A stretch of DNA of 51,236 nt. Origin: an uncultured Pseudomonadota bacterium (GTDB lineage: Bacteria > Pseudomonadota > Gammaproteobacteria > Burkholderiales > Casimicrobiaceae). Where the stretch lies: NCBI GenBank assembly GCA_937898875.1, contig CALDKM010000013.1, positions 1 through 51,236 on the forward strand, written 5' to 3'. Of the stretch, positions 31,624-40,846 are shown one piece after another (the stretch's first letter is position 1; each line of letters opens with the position of its first letter). Both the position numbers and the translations under genes were made by a program. The notes under the pieces are model-generated. The model searched no databases. It was given only the letters and a program-made list of their open reading frames with translations, and was not told the DNA's origin.

Positions 31624-33420
31624 ATGCCGCATGACGTCACGCTGATCGCCACGTTCGCGGTGGGCTTCGTGCTCGCGTTCATCTTCGGCTACGTCGCGAA
31701 CCGGCTCCGGCTGCCGCCGCTCGTCGGCTACCTCCTCGCCGGCGTCGCGATCGGCGTCTTCGCGCCGGACCTCGTCGCCAACGCCGAGATCGCGGGCCAG
31801 CTGGCCGAGATCGGCGTGATCCTGCTGATGTTCGGCGTGGGCCTCCACTTCTCGGTCGCCGACCTGATGGCGGTGCGTCGCGTCGCGATCCCCGGCGCGG
31901 TCGCGCAGATCGTCGTCGCCACCGCGGTCGGGGCCGCGATGGCGATGCTGTGGGGCTGGTCGCTCGGCGCAGGCATCGTGCTCGGCCTGTGCCTGTCGGT
32001 CGCGAGCACCGTCGTGCTGCTGAAGGCCCTCGAGGAGCGCAACGCCGTCCAGACGACCAACGGCCGCATCGCGGTCGGCTGGCTGATCGTCGAGGACCTC
32101 GCGATGGTGCTCGTGCTGGTGCTGCTGCCCGCGCTCGCGGAAGCGCTCGGAGGCAAGGTGCCGGGCGCCGGCCACGGCGCCGGCGACCGCGGACTTCTCG
32201 TCTCGCTCGGCATCACGCTCCTCAAGGTCGGGGCCTTCGGCGCGATCGTGCTGACCGTGGGTCCGCGCGTGATGCCGTGGATCCTGACGCAGGTGGCGCG
32301 CACCGGCTCGCGCGAGCTCTTCACGCTCGCGGTGCTGGCGCTCTCGGTCGGCATCGCGTTCGCGTCGGCCGAGCTCTTCGGCGTCTCGTTCGCGCTCGGC
32401 GCGTTCTTCGCCGGCGTCGTCCTGAACGAATCGGACCTCTCGCACAAGGCCGCGCAGAACTCGCTTCCGCTGCAGGACGCGTTCGCCGTGCTCTTCTTCG
32501 TGTCGGTCGGCATGCTGTTCGACCCCTCGATCGTCGTGCGTGAGCCGCTGATGCTCGCCGGGGTGCTGCTGCTGATCCTCGTCGGCAAGGCGATCATCGC
32601 GCTCGCCGTCGTCATGGTGATGGGATACCCGGCGAGCACGGGCATCTACGTCTCCGCGGCGCTGGCGCAGGTGGGGGAGTTCTCGTTCATCCTCGCGGGA
32701 CTCGGCATCGCCTTCGGGCTCCTGCCGCCGGCGGGCCTGAGCCTGATCCTCGCGGGAGCGATCATCTCGATCACGCTCAACCAGTTCGCGTTCGTCGTGG
32801 CCGACGGACTCAACGCGTTCGTTGCCGCGCATCCCGGGCTGAAGCGCCGCCTCGAGGAAGCGCACGGCGCGCGACTCGCGCAGGTGCAGGCCGATCTCGA
32901 CGTCGCGAAGGCGCGCGCCGAGGAGCGCGCCGCCGCGCATCGCACCCTCACGCCGGAGGAACTGGTCGACCACTTCCCGATGTTCGGGTCGCTCACGTCG
33001 GAGCAGCGCGAGGTCGTGCTGCTGCACCTCCAGCCGCATGCCGCGCAGCCGGGCGAGCGGGTGATCCATCGTGGAGACGTCGCGGACGCGGCCTACTTCA
33101 TCTCGGCGGGCGAGGTCGAGGTCGCGGTCGCCGGCCAGCACATCCGCCTCGGTCCCGGCAACTTCTTCGGCGAGATGGCGCTCGTCAGCGGGCAGCCGCG
33201 CTCGGCCGACGTCACCGCGCTCGACTACGGCCGGTTCCTGAAGCTCACCACCGACGACTTCAACGAGATCCTTCGCCGCTACCCGGACATCAAGGCCCAG
33301 ATCGTCGACCAGGCGGCGAAGCGCGAGGAGATGAACCGCCGTCGGGCGGAGCAGGCGGTGCAGACCGCGAAGGGAGCCCTGGGCGAAGGCGCCGACGAGG
33401 GCGACTCGCCACGCCGCTAG
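31624..33420 (+). CDS. CPA2 cation:proton antiporter (YbaL/RosB-like) with C-terminal cNMP-binding domain
   Basis: LPPLVGYL, EIGVILLMFGVGLHFS, SVASTVV, WLIVEDL, QVGEFSF. Tail GNFFGEMALVSGQPRSADV. Confidence 0.9.
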   Translation: MPHDVTLIATFAVGFVLAFIFGYVANRLRLPPLVGYLLAGVAIGVFAPDLVANAEIAGQLAEIGVILLMFGVGLHFSVADLMAVRRVAIPGAVAQIVVATAVGAAMAMLWGWSLGAGIVLGLCLSVASTVVLLKALEERNAVQTTNGRIAVGWLIVEDLAMVLVLVLLPALAEALGGKVPGAGHGAGDRGLLVSLGITLLKVGAFGAIVLTVGPRVMPWILTQVARTGSRELFTLAVLALSVGIAFASAELFGVSFALGAFFAGVVLNESDLSHKAAQNSLPLQDAFAVLFFVSVGMLFDPSIVVREPLMLAGVLLLILVGKAIIALAVVMVMGYPASTGIYVSAALAQVGEFSFILAGLGIAFGLLPPAGLSLILAGAIISITLNQFAFVVADGLNAFVAAHPGLKRRLEEAHGARLAQVQADLDVAKARAEERAAAHRTLTPEELVDHFPMFGSLTSEQREVVLLHLQPHAAQPGERVIHRGDVADAAYFISAGEVEVAVAGQHIRLGPGNFFGEMALVSGQPRSADVTALDYGRFLKLTTDDFNEILRRYPDIKAQIVDQAAKREEMNRRRAEQAVQTAKGALGEGADEGDSPRR

Positions 33421-33517
33421 GATTTCGCTGCTTGACCCTGCGGCGTGTCGCGCATCCGCGCGCTGCGCACGGCGTCACCGATCGATCTTCCATGCGTGTT
33501 GCATTGCGCCTTCTCCC

Positions 33518-34225
33518 ATGCGAGCTCGCGGACATATCCTGCTGATCAGCCACCAGCGCAGTCATTCGACGCTGCTCGCCCACATCCTCGGCAGCCACCC
33601 CGAGATCGACGGCTACAGCGAACTGCACCAGCACTACCTGAGCCCCGTCGACCTGCGTTCGATGACGCACCGGATCGAGGAGGCTACCGGCAGGCCCCGG
33701 CGCGGGCGGTATGCACTCGACAAGCTGCTGCACAATCAGGGCCGGGTCGATCCATCGATCCTTCGCCGCGACGACGTCAGGGTCGTGTTCCTGCTTCGCA
33801 ACCCGCGCGACACGATCACGAGCATGGTGCGGATCGCCGGCGGTCGCGAAACCCCGCAGGGCGCGGTCGACTACTATGTCGACCGCCTCGCGCGAATCGA
33901 CCAGTACAGCACGCTGACGGGAGCGCGTGCCGCGTTCGTCGAAGCGGAGAAGCTGGTGTCGGACACGGAACGCGTGCTCGCACGGCTGACGCGCTACCTC
34001 GAGCTCGCGACGCCGCTCGAGCCGACCTACGAGCGGTTCCGGCTGAGCGGGCAGCCGGGCCACGGCGACTTCTCGCCGAACATTCTCGCCGGCAGGATCC
34101 TGCGCGACGACGAGCGCGATCGCGGAACCGGGAAGCCCGTCGAGATCCCGGCGGAACCGTTGCGCGCGGCGGTCGTCGCGTACGAGTCGCTGCTTTCGGC
34201 GATGCGGTCGCGTCACCCCGACTGA
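33518..34225 (+). CDS. Sulfotransferase-family protein
   Basis: SHQRSHSTLLAHILGSHP (PAPS loop), DKLLHN, FLLRNPRDTITS. Confidence 0.75.
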   Translation: MRARGHILLISHQRSHSTLLAHILGSHPEIDGYSELHQHYLSPVDLRSMTHRIEEATGRPRRGRYALDKLLHNQGRVDPSILRRDDVRVVFLLRNPRDTITSMVRIAGGRETPQGAVDYYVDRLARIDQYSTLTGARAAFVEAEKLVSDTERVLARLTRYLELATPLEPTYERFRLSGQPGHGDFSPNILAGRILRDDERDRGTGKPVEIPAEPLRAAVVAYESLLSAMRSRHPD

Positions 34226-34285
34226 GGGCGCGCCTCCGGCGATCCGGCCGGCGCGCCGCGCATGCGAGGGCGACGCCGAGCTTCC

Positions 34286-35302
34286 CTAGATCAGCAGCAG
34301 CGTCGCGAGGCCGAGGAACGCGCCCATGCTCACGACGTCGGTCGCCGTCGTGAGGAAGATGCTCGACGCCGTGGCCGGATCGGCGCCCATGCGCTGGAGC
34401 GTCGTCGGCACGAGCACGCCCGAGATGCCGCTGATGACGCATGCGACGACCATCGCGAGCCAGGTCACGCAGGCGAGCATCCACGCCTGCGGGTTCCCCT
34501 GCATCCACGCGTAGACGAACATCCCGGCGCCTGCCGAGACGCCCACCAGCGCGCCGTTGCACAGGCCGAGGATCGCCTCCTTGAACACCGCGGCCGGCGT
34601 GCCGCCGGGCTTGAGTTCGCCCAGCGTCATGCCGCGCAGCGTCACCGCGAGCGCCTGGCAACCGGTGTTGCCCGACTGTCCGGCGAGCACGGGCAGGAAC
34701 ACCGCGAGCAGCACGATCTTCTGCAGCGTGCCCTCGAACAGCCCGACGACGAACGCGGCCACGAACGCGGTGAGCAGGTTGAGCTGCAGCCACGGGTGGC
34801 GGAACAGGAGGCTTCGGGACCAGGGCGTAGTCAGTCGCTCCTCCTTCGTCACGCCGACCATCGCGCCGGCCTGTGCCGAGAGCTCGACCGCCTGCGCCTC
34901 GAACATTCGCTGCCCGCGCACGGTGCCCTTGAGCCGCCCCTCGTCGTCGACGACCGGATAGACCGGGTAGTGCTTGTCGAGCGTGAGCTTCATCGCGTCG
35001 AGCAGCGGCATCGTCGTCGTCAGCGCGAACACGTTCCGCAACATGATCTCGCCGAGCGTCTGCGACTTCTCGGAGAAGAGCAGGTCGCGCATCGTGATTA
35101 CGCCGACGAGCTTGCCGTCGGCCTCGAGCACCCACGCGTAGGTGATGAACGCCTGCTTGACGAGCTCGCGGATCGTCTCGATCGCCTCGCTCACCGTCTG
35201 CTGCGGAAGGAACACCGCCAGCGGCGGCTCCATCAGGCGCCCGATCGAATCCTCCGGGTACGGCGAGTCGCTCGACGCCTTCGACTTCCTCCTGAGCCTC
35301 AT
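34286..35302 (-). CDS. mgtE: Magnesium transporter MgtE (CBS pair plus TM domain, N-domain absent)
   Basis: SIGRLM, two CBS repeats, RHPWLQLNL, GQSGNTGCQ, DPATASSIFLTTATD. Confidence 0.9.
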   Translation of the reverse strand: MRLRRKSKASSDSPYPEDSIGRLMEPPLAVFLPQQTVSEAIETIRELVKQAFITYAWVLEADGKLVGVITMRDLLFSEKSQTLGEIMLRNVFALTTTMPLLDAMKLTLDKHYPVYPVVDDEGRLKGTVRGQRMFEAQAVELSAQAGAMVGVTKEERLTTPWSRSLLFRHPWLQLNLLTAFVAAFVVGLFEGTLQKIVLLAVFLPVLAGQSGNTGCQALAVTLRGMTLGELKPGGTPAAVFKEAILGLCNGALVGVSAGAGMFVYAWMQGNPQAWMLACVTWLAMVVACVISGISGVLVPTTLQRMGADPATASSIFLTTATDVVSMGAFLGLATLLLI

Positions 35303-35436
35303 GGCGATCCCCTGTCGACGCTGCGTTGGACGGCGTAGGGTCGAGCCGGGCCGCATTCGTGCGGCCGGGCACCACCGCGCTCTTATACCGCAACCCCGGG
35401 GCCCGTGGGTCGCGCGCCGACTCGCGGACGCTGCGA

Positions 35437-36273
35437 CTATTCCGGCGGACGCTCGGGCAGGGCCGGGTCCGCGGCGACGGGGCGGTCCGTGCCGCCGTCC
35501 CGCGCTCCGCCCCCGAAGCCCGCGTGCGCGGCGGTCAGCAGCTCGAGCGCCGCCAGCACGGTCTCGCTGCGGATGGCCAGCGTGAGCGAATCCGTCGCCC
35601 GGCCGCACAGCCTCTGGCAGAAGCCGTCGGTGGGGCCCTCGAAGTCGCAGTGCGACGCGCCGTCGAACTTCTTCGCGCGTACCAGCCGGCGCACGGACTG
35701 GGCGAACGTGCGTGCGCTGCCCGCCAGGTTGCACGCGGACGCGTTGCCGAAGAGGACGATGGCCGGCGCCTCGAGGATCGACGCCGCGTGGATGCCGGTG
35801 CCCGAGCGGTCCACCGGGTCGAGGCCGATCCAGCCCGCGATGCCGGGCAGCTTCGTCGCGGCGAGCGCGGTGGCGAGGCCGCCTGCGGACGTGCCGATAA
35901 GCACGAGCGACGACGGCAGGACCGGCTGCAGACCGAGCGCGCCGGCTTCGAGCTGGCGCGCGAGATCGACGATCGCCGAGCCGTTGCCCCACAGGTCGAT
36001 CACGTTCGGCAGGTCCGGAATCACCGCGACGACGCCCGCTTCGGCGAGTGCGATTCCGACGTCGCGGTGCTGCTCGCGCGACCGCGTCCACCCGTGCGCG
36101 ACGATCGCCATGCCGACGACGTCGGTCGTGCCGGGTTCGTGCACGTCGACCGTCATCGGCTGCCCGTCGATCTCGATCGTCACCGTGCGCAGCTGCGCCG
36201 ACGGCTGTGCCGCCGCCGTCGCGGCGAAGAGAAGCAGGACGAGGAACAGCGCGGAACGCGACAAGCGATTCAT
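35437..36273 (-). CDS. Secreted alpha/beta hydrolase (chlorophyllase/cutinase-like)
   Basis: Signal peptide, AHGW, GTSAGG nucleophile elbow, GLDPVD, GASHCDF. Confidence 0.75.
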   Translation of the reverse strand: MNRLSRSALFLVLLLFAATAAAQPSAQLRTVTIEIDGQPMTVDVHEPGTTDVVGMAIVAHGWTRSREQHRDVGIALAEAGVVAVIPDLPNVIDLWGNGSAIVDLARQLEAGALGLQPVLPSSLVLIGTSAGGLATALAATKLPGIAGWIGLDPVDRSGTGIHAASILEAPAIVLFGNASACNLAGSARTFAQSVRRLVRAKKFDGASHCDFEGPTDGFCQRLCGRATDSLTLAIRSETVLAALELLTAAHAGFGGGARDGGTDRPVAADPALPERPPE

Positions 36274-36395
36274 GCGGGGCGACGGCCGGGGTGAAGAGGG
36301 TACCCTGCAAATCGCCCGCGCACGAGCCCACTCCGGATTGCCGCCTATAATTCCCGGGTCTGCGGGGACGTTCCCGCCGTCGCAGGAGTCCCGTC

Positions 36396-36974
36396 ATGAG
36401 CGATTCCCTGGTCCAGGCCGTCGTGGAAGGCGATACCGTTCGGGTGCGCTCGCTGCTGGCATCGGGCGCGGACGCCAACGCGCGCGACGCGGATGGCGCG
36501 ACCGCGCTGATGCGCGCGGCGCACCTGGGACGACTCGACGTCGTGCGCGCGCTCGTCGACGGCGGCGCCGACGTCAATGCCACCGACGAACGCGGCTGGG
36601 GGGCGCTCGCAAAGGCCGTCCACAACGCCGACCTCGATCGCGGCTTCGCCGACGTCGTCGGGTTCCTGATCGAGCGCGGCGCGAACGTCGAGGCCCCGAT
36701 CGGCTACGGCATCCGGCCGCTGATGCTCGCCGCCGGCTACGGGGAGATCGCGGTCGTCGAGGCGCTGCTCGCGGGCGGCGCCGACGTCCTGGCGCGAAAC
36801 GATGGCGGACTCTCGGCTCTCATGATGGTGAAGGAGAAGTTCTACGTCGACGTGATCAACCGCCTGCACGAGGCCGAGCGCGACGCCGGCGTCGACGAAG
36901 GGAGTTGCGGCACGAAGAACGCGCCGGGCTCGAACGTGATCACGTTCCTGAAGCCGATGGCGCGCAAGGACTAG
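36396..36974 (+). CDS. Ankyrin repeat protein
   Basis: Repeated GxTALMxAA...LLxxGADVN units. Confidence 0.92.
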   Translation: MSDSLVQAVVEGDTVRVRSLLASGADANARDADGATALMRAAHLGRLDVVRALVDGGADVNATDERGWGALAKAVHNADLDRGFADVVGFLIERGANVEAPIGYGIRPLMLAAGYGEIAVVEALLAGGADVLARNDGGLSALMMVKEKFYVDVINRLHEAERDAGVDEGSCGTKNAPGSNVITFLKPMARKD

Positions 36975-37040
36975 GCTTCGAGGGAGGGTGCCCGGCGAAG
37001 GATCCGTTTCGCGTCGACCGCCCCGGTACGCCCGGGCGCG

Positions 37041-37069
37041 TTGCCGGGCGTGTGCAATCTTGATATGCT
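37041..37069 (+). promoter_or_regulatory. Putative sigma70 promoter (extended -10)
   Basis: TTGCCG-17 nt-TATGCT with TG at -15/-14. Confidence 0.55.
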
Positions 37070-37110
37070 CCCATGGTCTTTGGGCGTTTCGCCCCAGAGG
37101 GGAGACATCG

Positions 37111-37662
37111 ATGCATGGAAGATTCATCCGCGGGCTCGCCGTCGCGGCGCTCGCTTGCCTGACATCCGGTGCGGTGCAGGCCGCAGGCGAGACGTTCAAG
37201 GTGATCAGCGTCAACACGCCGGGCTGCAACTCCGGCGACTTCGCCATGACGGTCGAGCGCGCCAACCTGGACGGTGGCACGTACACGGTCCACACCGTAG
37301 TGACCATCGGCGCATTCGTCTACATGAACGAGAACGCGTCGATCAGCGTCAACGGGCTGAGCGGCTGGAACGTCTTCAACAACTTCACCTATGGCCCGGT
37401 TCCCAACCCGGGAACCTATCCGATGCCGTCGGGGCAGCAGATGCGCCTCGACTTCACGCTCGAGCGCCCGCTCGGCACGCCGCTCTACGCGTGGACGCTG
37501 ATCGTCGACGGCTGCGACACCGGCAACATCCTGTTCAACGGACCGAGAGCCATCTCGAGCGCGGCGACGCCGGTGCCGACGCTGTCCGAGTGGGCGACCA
37601 TCGGCCTCCTGTCGTTGCTCATGCTTGCCGGACTCGCGCGCCTGCGCTCGCGCCGCCGCTGA
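37111..37662 (+). CDS. Secreted protein with IPTL-CTERM sorting signal
   Basis: Signal peptide ending AVQA. C-terminal VPTLSEW, TM helix and RLRSRRR. Confidence 0.88.
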   Translation: MHGRFIRGLAVAALACLTSGAVQAAGETFKVISVNTPGCNSGDFAMTVERANLDGGTYTVHTVVTIGAFVYMNENASISVNGLSGWNVFNNFTYGPVPNPGTYPMPSGQQMRLDFTLERPLGTPLYAWTLIVDGCDTGNILFNGPRAISSAATPVPTLSEWATIGLLSLLMLAGLARLRSRRR

Positions 37663-37779
37663 GCGCACCCTGCCTTCCCGCCATCGCCCGCCCCGTCGGG
37701 CGGTGGCGGTCAGCACCTCCCATCCGCCTGCCGACGCGGGGGCACCTGCGCGACCCCCGGGGGCATCGAACGCCCGGGA

Positions 37780-38964
37780 TCAGGTCAGCCAGGCCGGCTC
37801 GAGCAGCATCACGGCGCCGAGCGCGATCATCACGGCGCCGCTCGCGAGCTTGAGCCAGCGGCCGCCCCGCTCGGTGAGCTTGCGGCTGCCGAGCGCGACT
37901 ACCGCGACTGCGACCATCAGCGCGTCGTCGGCGATGTAGCCGGCGATGTAAAGCGCGAGGTAGCCGTAGCGCGCTGCCGGCGTCAGGTCGTGCTGCGCGA
38001 GCACCGCGGTGAAGACGGCGGGCAGGCCGGCGGTGCACAGGATCTCGACGAAGTTCACGACGACCGCGAGCGCGGCGACCGCGACGAGCGACGCCCCGAT
38101 CGCCCGGGCGCTCATCACCGCGCGCATGCGCGCGTAGATTCCCGGCTTCGCCCCGTCCGGGATCGACAGCGACGGGCCTCGGCCCCAGGCGAAGAAGTCC
38201 TTCACGTTGAACGCGCCGATCGCCAGCGCGACCAGCGCGAGGCCCCAGCGCAGCGGGGTCGACATCCCCGCGATCAGGAACAGGTTGAGCCACGCGGCCA
38301 TGAACGCGAAGTAGACCGCCCCGCTGGCGAGCACGAACGTGCCGGCGACGAGCGCCATGCGCCTGCGGTCCCGGAATCGGACGAGCAGCGACAGCAGGAA
38401 CAGGAGCACCCACGTCGCGCAGGGATTGATACCGTCGAGCAGTCCCAGCGCGAGCGTGAACAGCGGCAGTCCGAGCCGCGACGCGGACAGCGTGCCGAAC
38501 GCGGTCGCCTCGACCTGGTCGCCGCGCGGCTGCGCGTCGTCGATCAGCGCGAGGAGCGCCGGGCCGCCCTCCATTGCGTCGAAGCCCGCCATCACGCGAC
38601 CGTCGATCACGAACGTCGGCACGCCCGGCGGCCAGACGCCTGCCCGTTCCGACAGGGTGAACAGCGCTTCGCGCGCGGCGGGGTCCCGGTCGACGGGACG
38701 ATAGACGATCGAGAGGTCCGGGCGTGCGGACGAGAGGTTCCCGAGGAACGCCTTGGCATCGGCGCAGTGCGGGCAGCCGTCGCGCACGAAGACCTCGAGC
38801 GTGCGCGCCGTCGGGGCAACGGGCGATTCGTCGTTCGATGCGCGCGCCGGGGCCGGTCCGGCCGCCACGGAGACCGCGAGCAGGAAGGCGAGCGCCGGGA
38901 GGGCGCGTCGAGCGGCGCTCGCCGAGGACGCATGCCGGTCCGGCGGAGACGTGCATGCGCGCAT
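37780..38964 (-). CDS. Glutaredoxin-like (CPHC) domain fused to a CcdA/DsbD-like membrane domain
   Basis: GCPHC..GVPTF..GF, then TM helices with DGINPCA and EILCTAG. Start uncertain. Confidence 0.8.
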   Translation of the reverse strand: MRACTSPPDRHASSASAARRALPALAFLLAVSVAAGPAPARASNDESPVAPTARTLEVFVRDGCPHCADAKAFLGNLSSARPDLSIVYRPVDRDPAAREALFTLSERAGVWPPGVPTFVIDGRVMAGFDAMEGGPALLALIDDAQPRGDQVEATAFGTLSASRLGLPLFTLALGLLDGINPCATWVLLFLLSLLVRFRDRRRMALVAGTFVLASGAVYFAFMAAWLNLFLIAGMSTPLRWGLALVALAIGAFNVKDFFAWGRGPSLSIPDGAKPGIYARMRAVMSARAIGASLVAVAALAVVVNFVEILCTAGLPAVFTAVLAQHDLTPAARYGYLALYIAGYIADDALMVAVAVVALGSRKLTERGGRWLKLASGAVMIALGAVMLLEPAWLT

Positions 38965-39015
38965 CGTTCGGGGCGGGTTGCCGGCAGCGGGGACGACCGC
39001 CTGCCGGCGGGCCGG

Positions 39016-39837
39016 TCAGTCGGGCCGGTCCTGCTCCTCGCGCGTGCCGCGCAGGTACGCGACCCAGTAGACGCCCGCGACGAGCAGCGTGCCGCCGACG
39101 ACGTTTCCCGCGGTCACGGCGGCGAGATTCGTGGCGATGCCCGCGAGCGGCACGGCGCCGTGCGGGGCGATCAGGAAGCCGTAGGGCAGGAAGAACCAGT
39201 TGGCGATCGAGTGCTCGAAGCCGATCGCGACGAACGCGGTGATCGGGAAGAGGATCGCGAGGATCTTGTCGGTGACGCTGCGCCCTCCCATCGCCAGCCA
39301 CACCGCCAGGCACACGAGCGTGTTGCAGAGCACGCCGCGCGCGAACGCCTCGCTCGCCGAAAGGCCGGCCTTCGCGCTCGCGATGCGTATCGCGGTCTCG
39401 CCGATGCCGCCGTTGCCCAGGCTCGCGATGTCGCCCCACAGCACGAGGACGACGGTGCCGAGGCAGCCGATCACGTTGCCTGCGTAGACCACGAGCCAGT
39501 TGCGGACGACGTCGCGCGTGCCGATGAGGCCGTCCGCCCACGCCATCGCCAGCAGGTTGTTGCCGGTGAAGAGCTCCGCACCGGCCACGACGACGAGCAC
39601 GAGGCCGAGGCAGAAGGCGAGTCCGCCCAGGAGTCTCGCGATGCCGAAGCCGAGCTTCGCATCGGTGACGACGGTGATGAAGAACAGCGCGCCGAGCGAG
39701 ATGAACGCGCCGGCGAGGATCGCCAGCACGAGCAGCGTGAGGCCGTCGGTGCGCGCCTTCGCGACGCCGAGGCGCTCGACCTTCGATGCGATCTCGCGTG
39801 GCGTGTACGCGTCGACGATGTGCGTTTCCTGGTCCAT
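39016..39837 (-). CDS. Formate/nitrite transporter (FNT) family channel
   Basis: LAGAFI, GAELFTGN, GNVIG, LCNTLVCLAVW, GFEHSIAN, GNVVGG. Confidence 0.94.
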   Translation of the reverse strand: MDQETHIVDAYTPREIASKVERLGVAKARTDGLTLLVLAILAGAFISLGALFFITVVTDAKLGFGIARLLGGLAFCLGLVLVVVAGAELFTGNNLLAMAWADGLIGTRDVVRNWLVVYAGNVIGCLGTVVLVLWGDIASLGNGGIGETAIRIASAKAGLSASEAFARGVLCNTLVCLAVWLAMGGRSVTDKILAILFPITAFVAIGFEHSIANWFFLPYGFLIAPHGAVPLAGIATNLAAVTAGNVVGGTLLVAGVYWVAYLRGTREEQDRPD

Positions 39838-39896
39838 GGGGCTGCAGGTGTCCGGGTCGGGTGGGAAGGGGGCGACTCGCGATCGACGATCGCGCC

Positions 39897-40727
39897 TCAC
39901 GCGTCGGGGGCGAAGGTCCAGACCGCATAGCCCTCGCGCCGCATGCGCTCGGCCTGCGGCGAGCGCAATTGCGGCAGCAGGCCGGGGCGCCAAGCGTGCA
40001 CGCGATCGGTGATCGACGCGGTGGCGGTCGCCAGCCAGCCGGCCGACTCGACCGCCTCGCGCGGGTGGCGGTCGCCCGGGACGAACGGCGTGCCGAGCGC
40101 CGCGAAGCGCTCGGCGGTGTCGCGCCCGAACCAGCGCAGGAACGCTCCGTTCGTCAGATCCGCGATCAGTTGCGCTCGCGGCAGCGCTGCCCGGACCGCG
40201 CCGGCGAGCGCGCCGAGAGCGTCCTGGCCGAGGTAGACCGACACGCCCTCCAGCACGACGAGCGCCTCGTCGTCGCCGGCGAGTGGCGCGAGAACGCCCG
40301 CCAGCGACTCCCGCCGGTGGTCGAAGGCGATGCGCGTCAGAGGATTGGGGGCCGCGCGCTCGGGCAGCGTCGCCTCCTTGATCGCGAGGATCGCCGGGTG
40401 GTCGAGCTCGAGCCACCGGCCGCCTCCGAGGCGAAAGGCCCTCGTGTCGAGTCCTGCGCCGACGATCAGCACGCGGCGGCCGGGATCGCGCGTCAGGGCG
40501 TCGCGGACCAGGTCGTCGATGAGGCGATGCCGCGCCATGTTGCACGCATGAGCGGCATCGTCGCCGAGCAGCGGCGCGAGGCGCCGGCGCAGCGCATCGT
40601 CGAGGAAGCGGGACGCGTAGCGATCCCCGCACAGCGAGTCCGCGTCGCCCGCATCGCGCTCGCGCTGGGCGCAACAGTAGAAGGCGGTAAGCTCGACGTT
40701 CGCGATCGTTCCGGGATGCGTGCGCAT
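39897..40727 (-). CDS. Class I SAM-dependent methyltransferase (LCM/TcmP-like)
   Basis: ARHRLIDD, VGAGLDTRAFRL, ELDHP, LEGVSVYL. Confidence 0.88.
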   Translation of the reverse strand: MRTHPGTIANVELTAFYCCAQRERDAGDADSLCGDRYASRFLDDALRRRLAPLLGDDAAHACNMARHRLIDDLVRDALTRDPGRRVLIVGAGLDTRAFRLGGGRWLELDHPAILAIKEATLPERAAPNPLTRIAFDHRRESLAGVLAPLAGDDEALVVLEGVSVYLGQDALGALAGAVRAALPRAQLIADLTNGAFLRWFGRDTAERFAALGTPFVPGDRHPREAVESAGWLATATASITDRVHAWRPGLLPQLRSPQAERMRREGYAVWTFAPDA

Positions 40728-40846
40728 GTGTGTGCTCACCCGCAACGGGCGGCGTGGGACCCCTGTGCCGTTCGCCGGGAACCGGAAGGCGCGCGACCGA
40801 CCGACACGCACGGTGGAACCGAATCGGCGATCACGAGCGATCCCCG

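Noticed and set aside
35303-35436. FNR-type box upstream of mgtE that would complete a Pi/K+/Mg2+ regulon
   Set aside because: No TTGAY-N4-RTCAA is present in this intergenic region.
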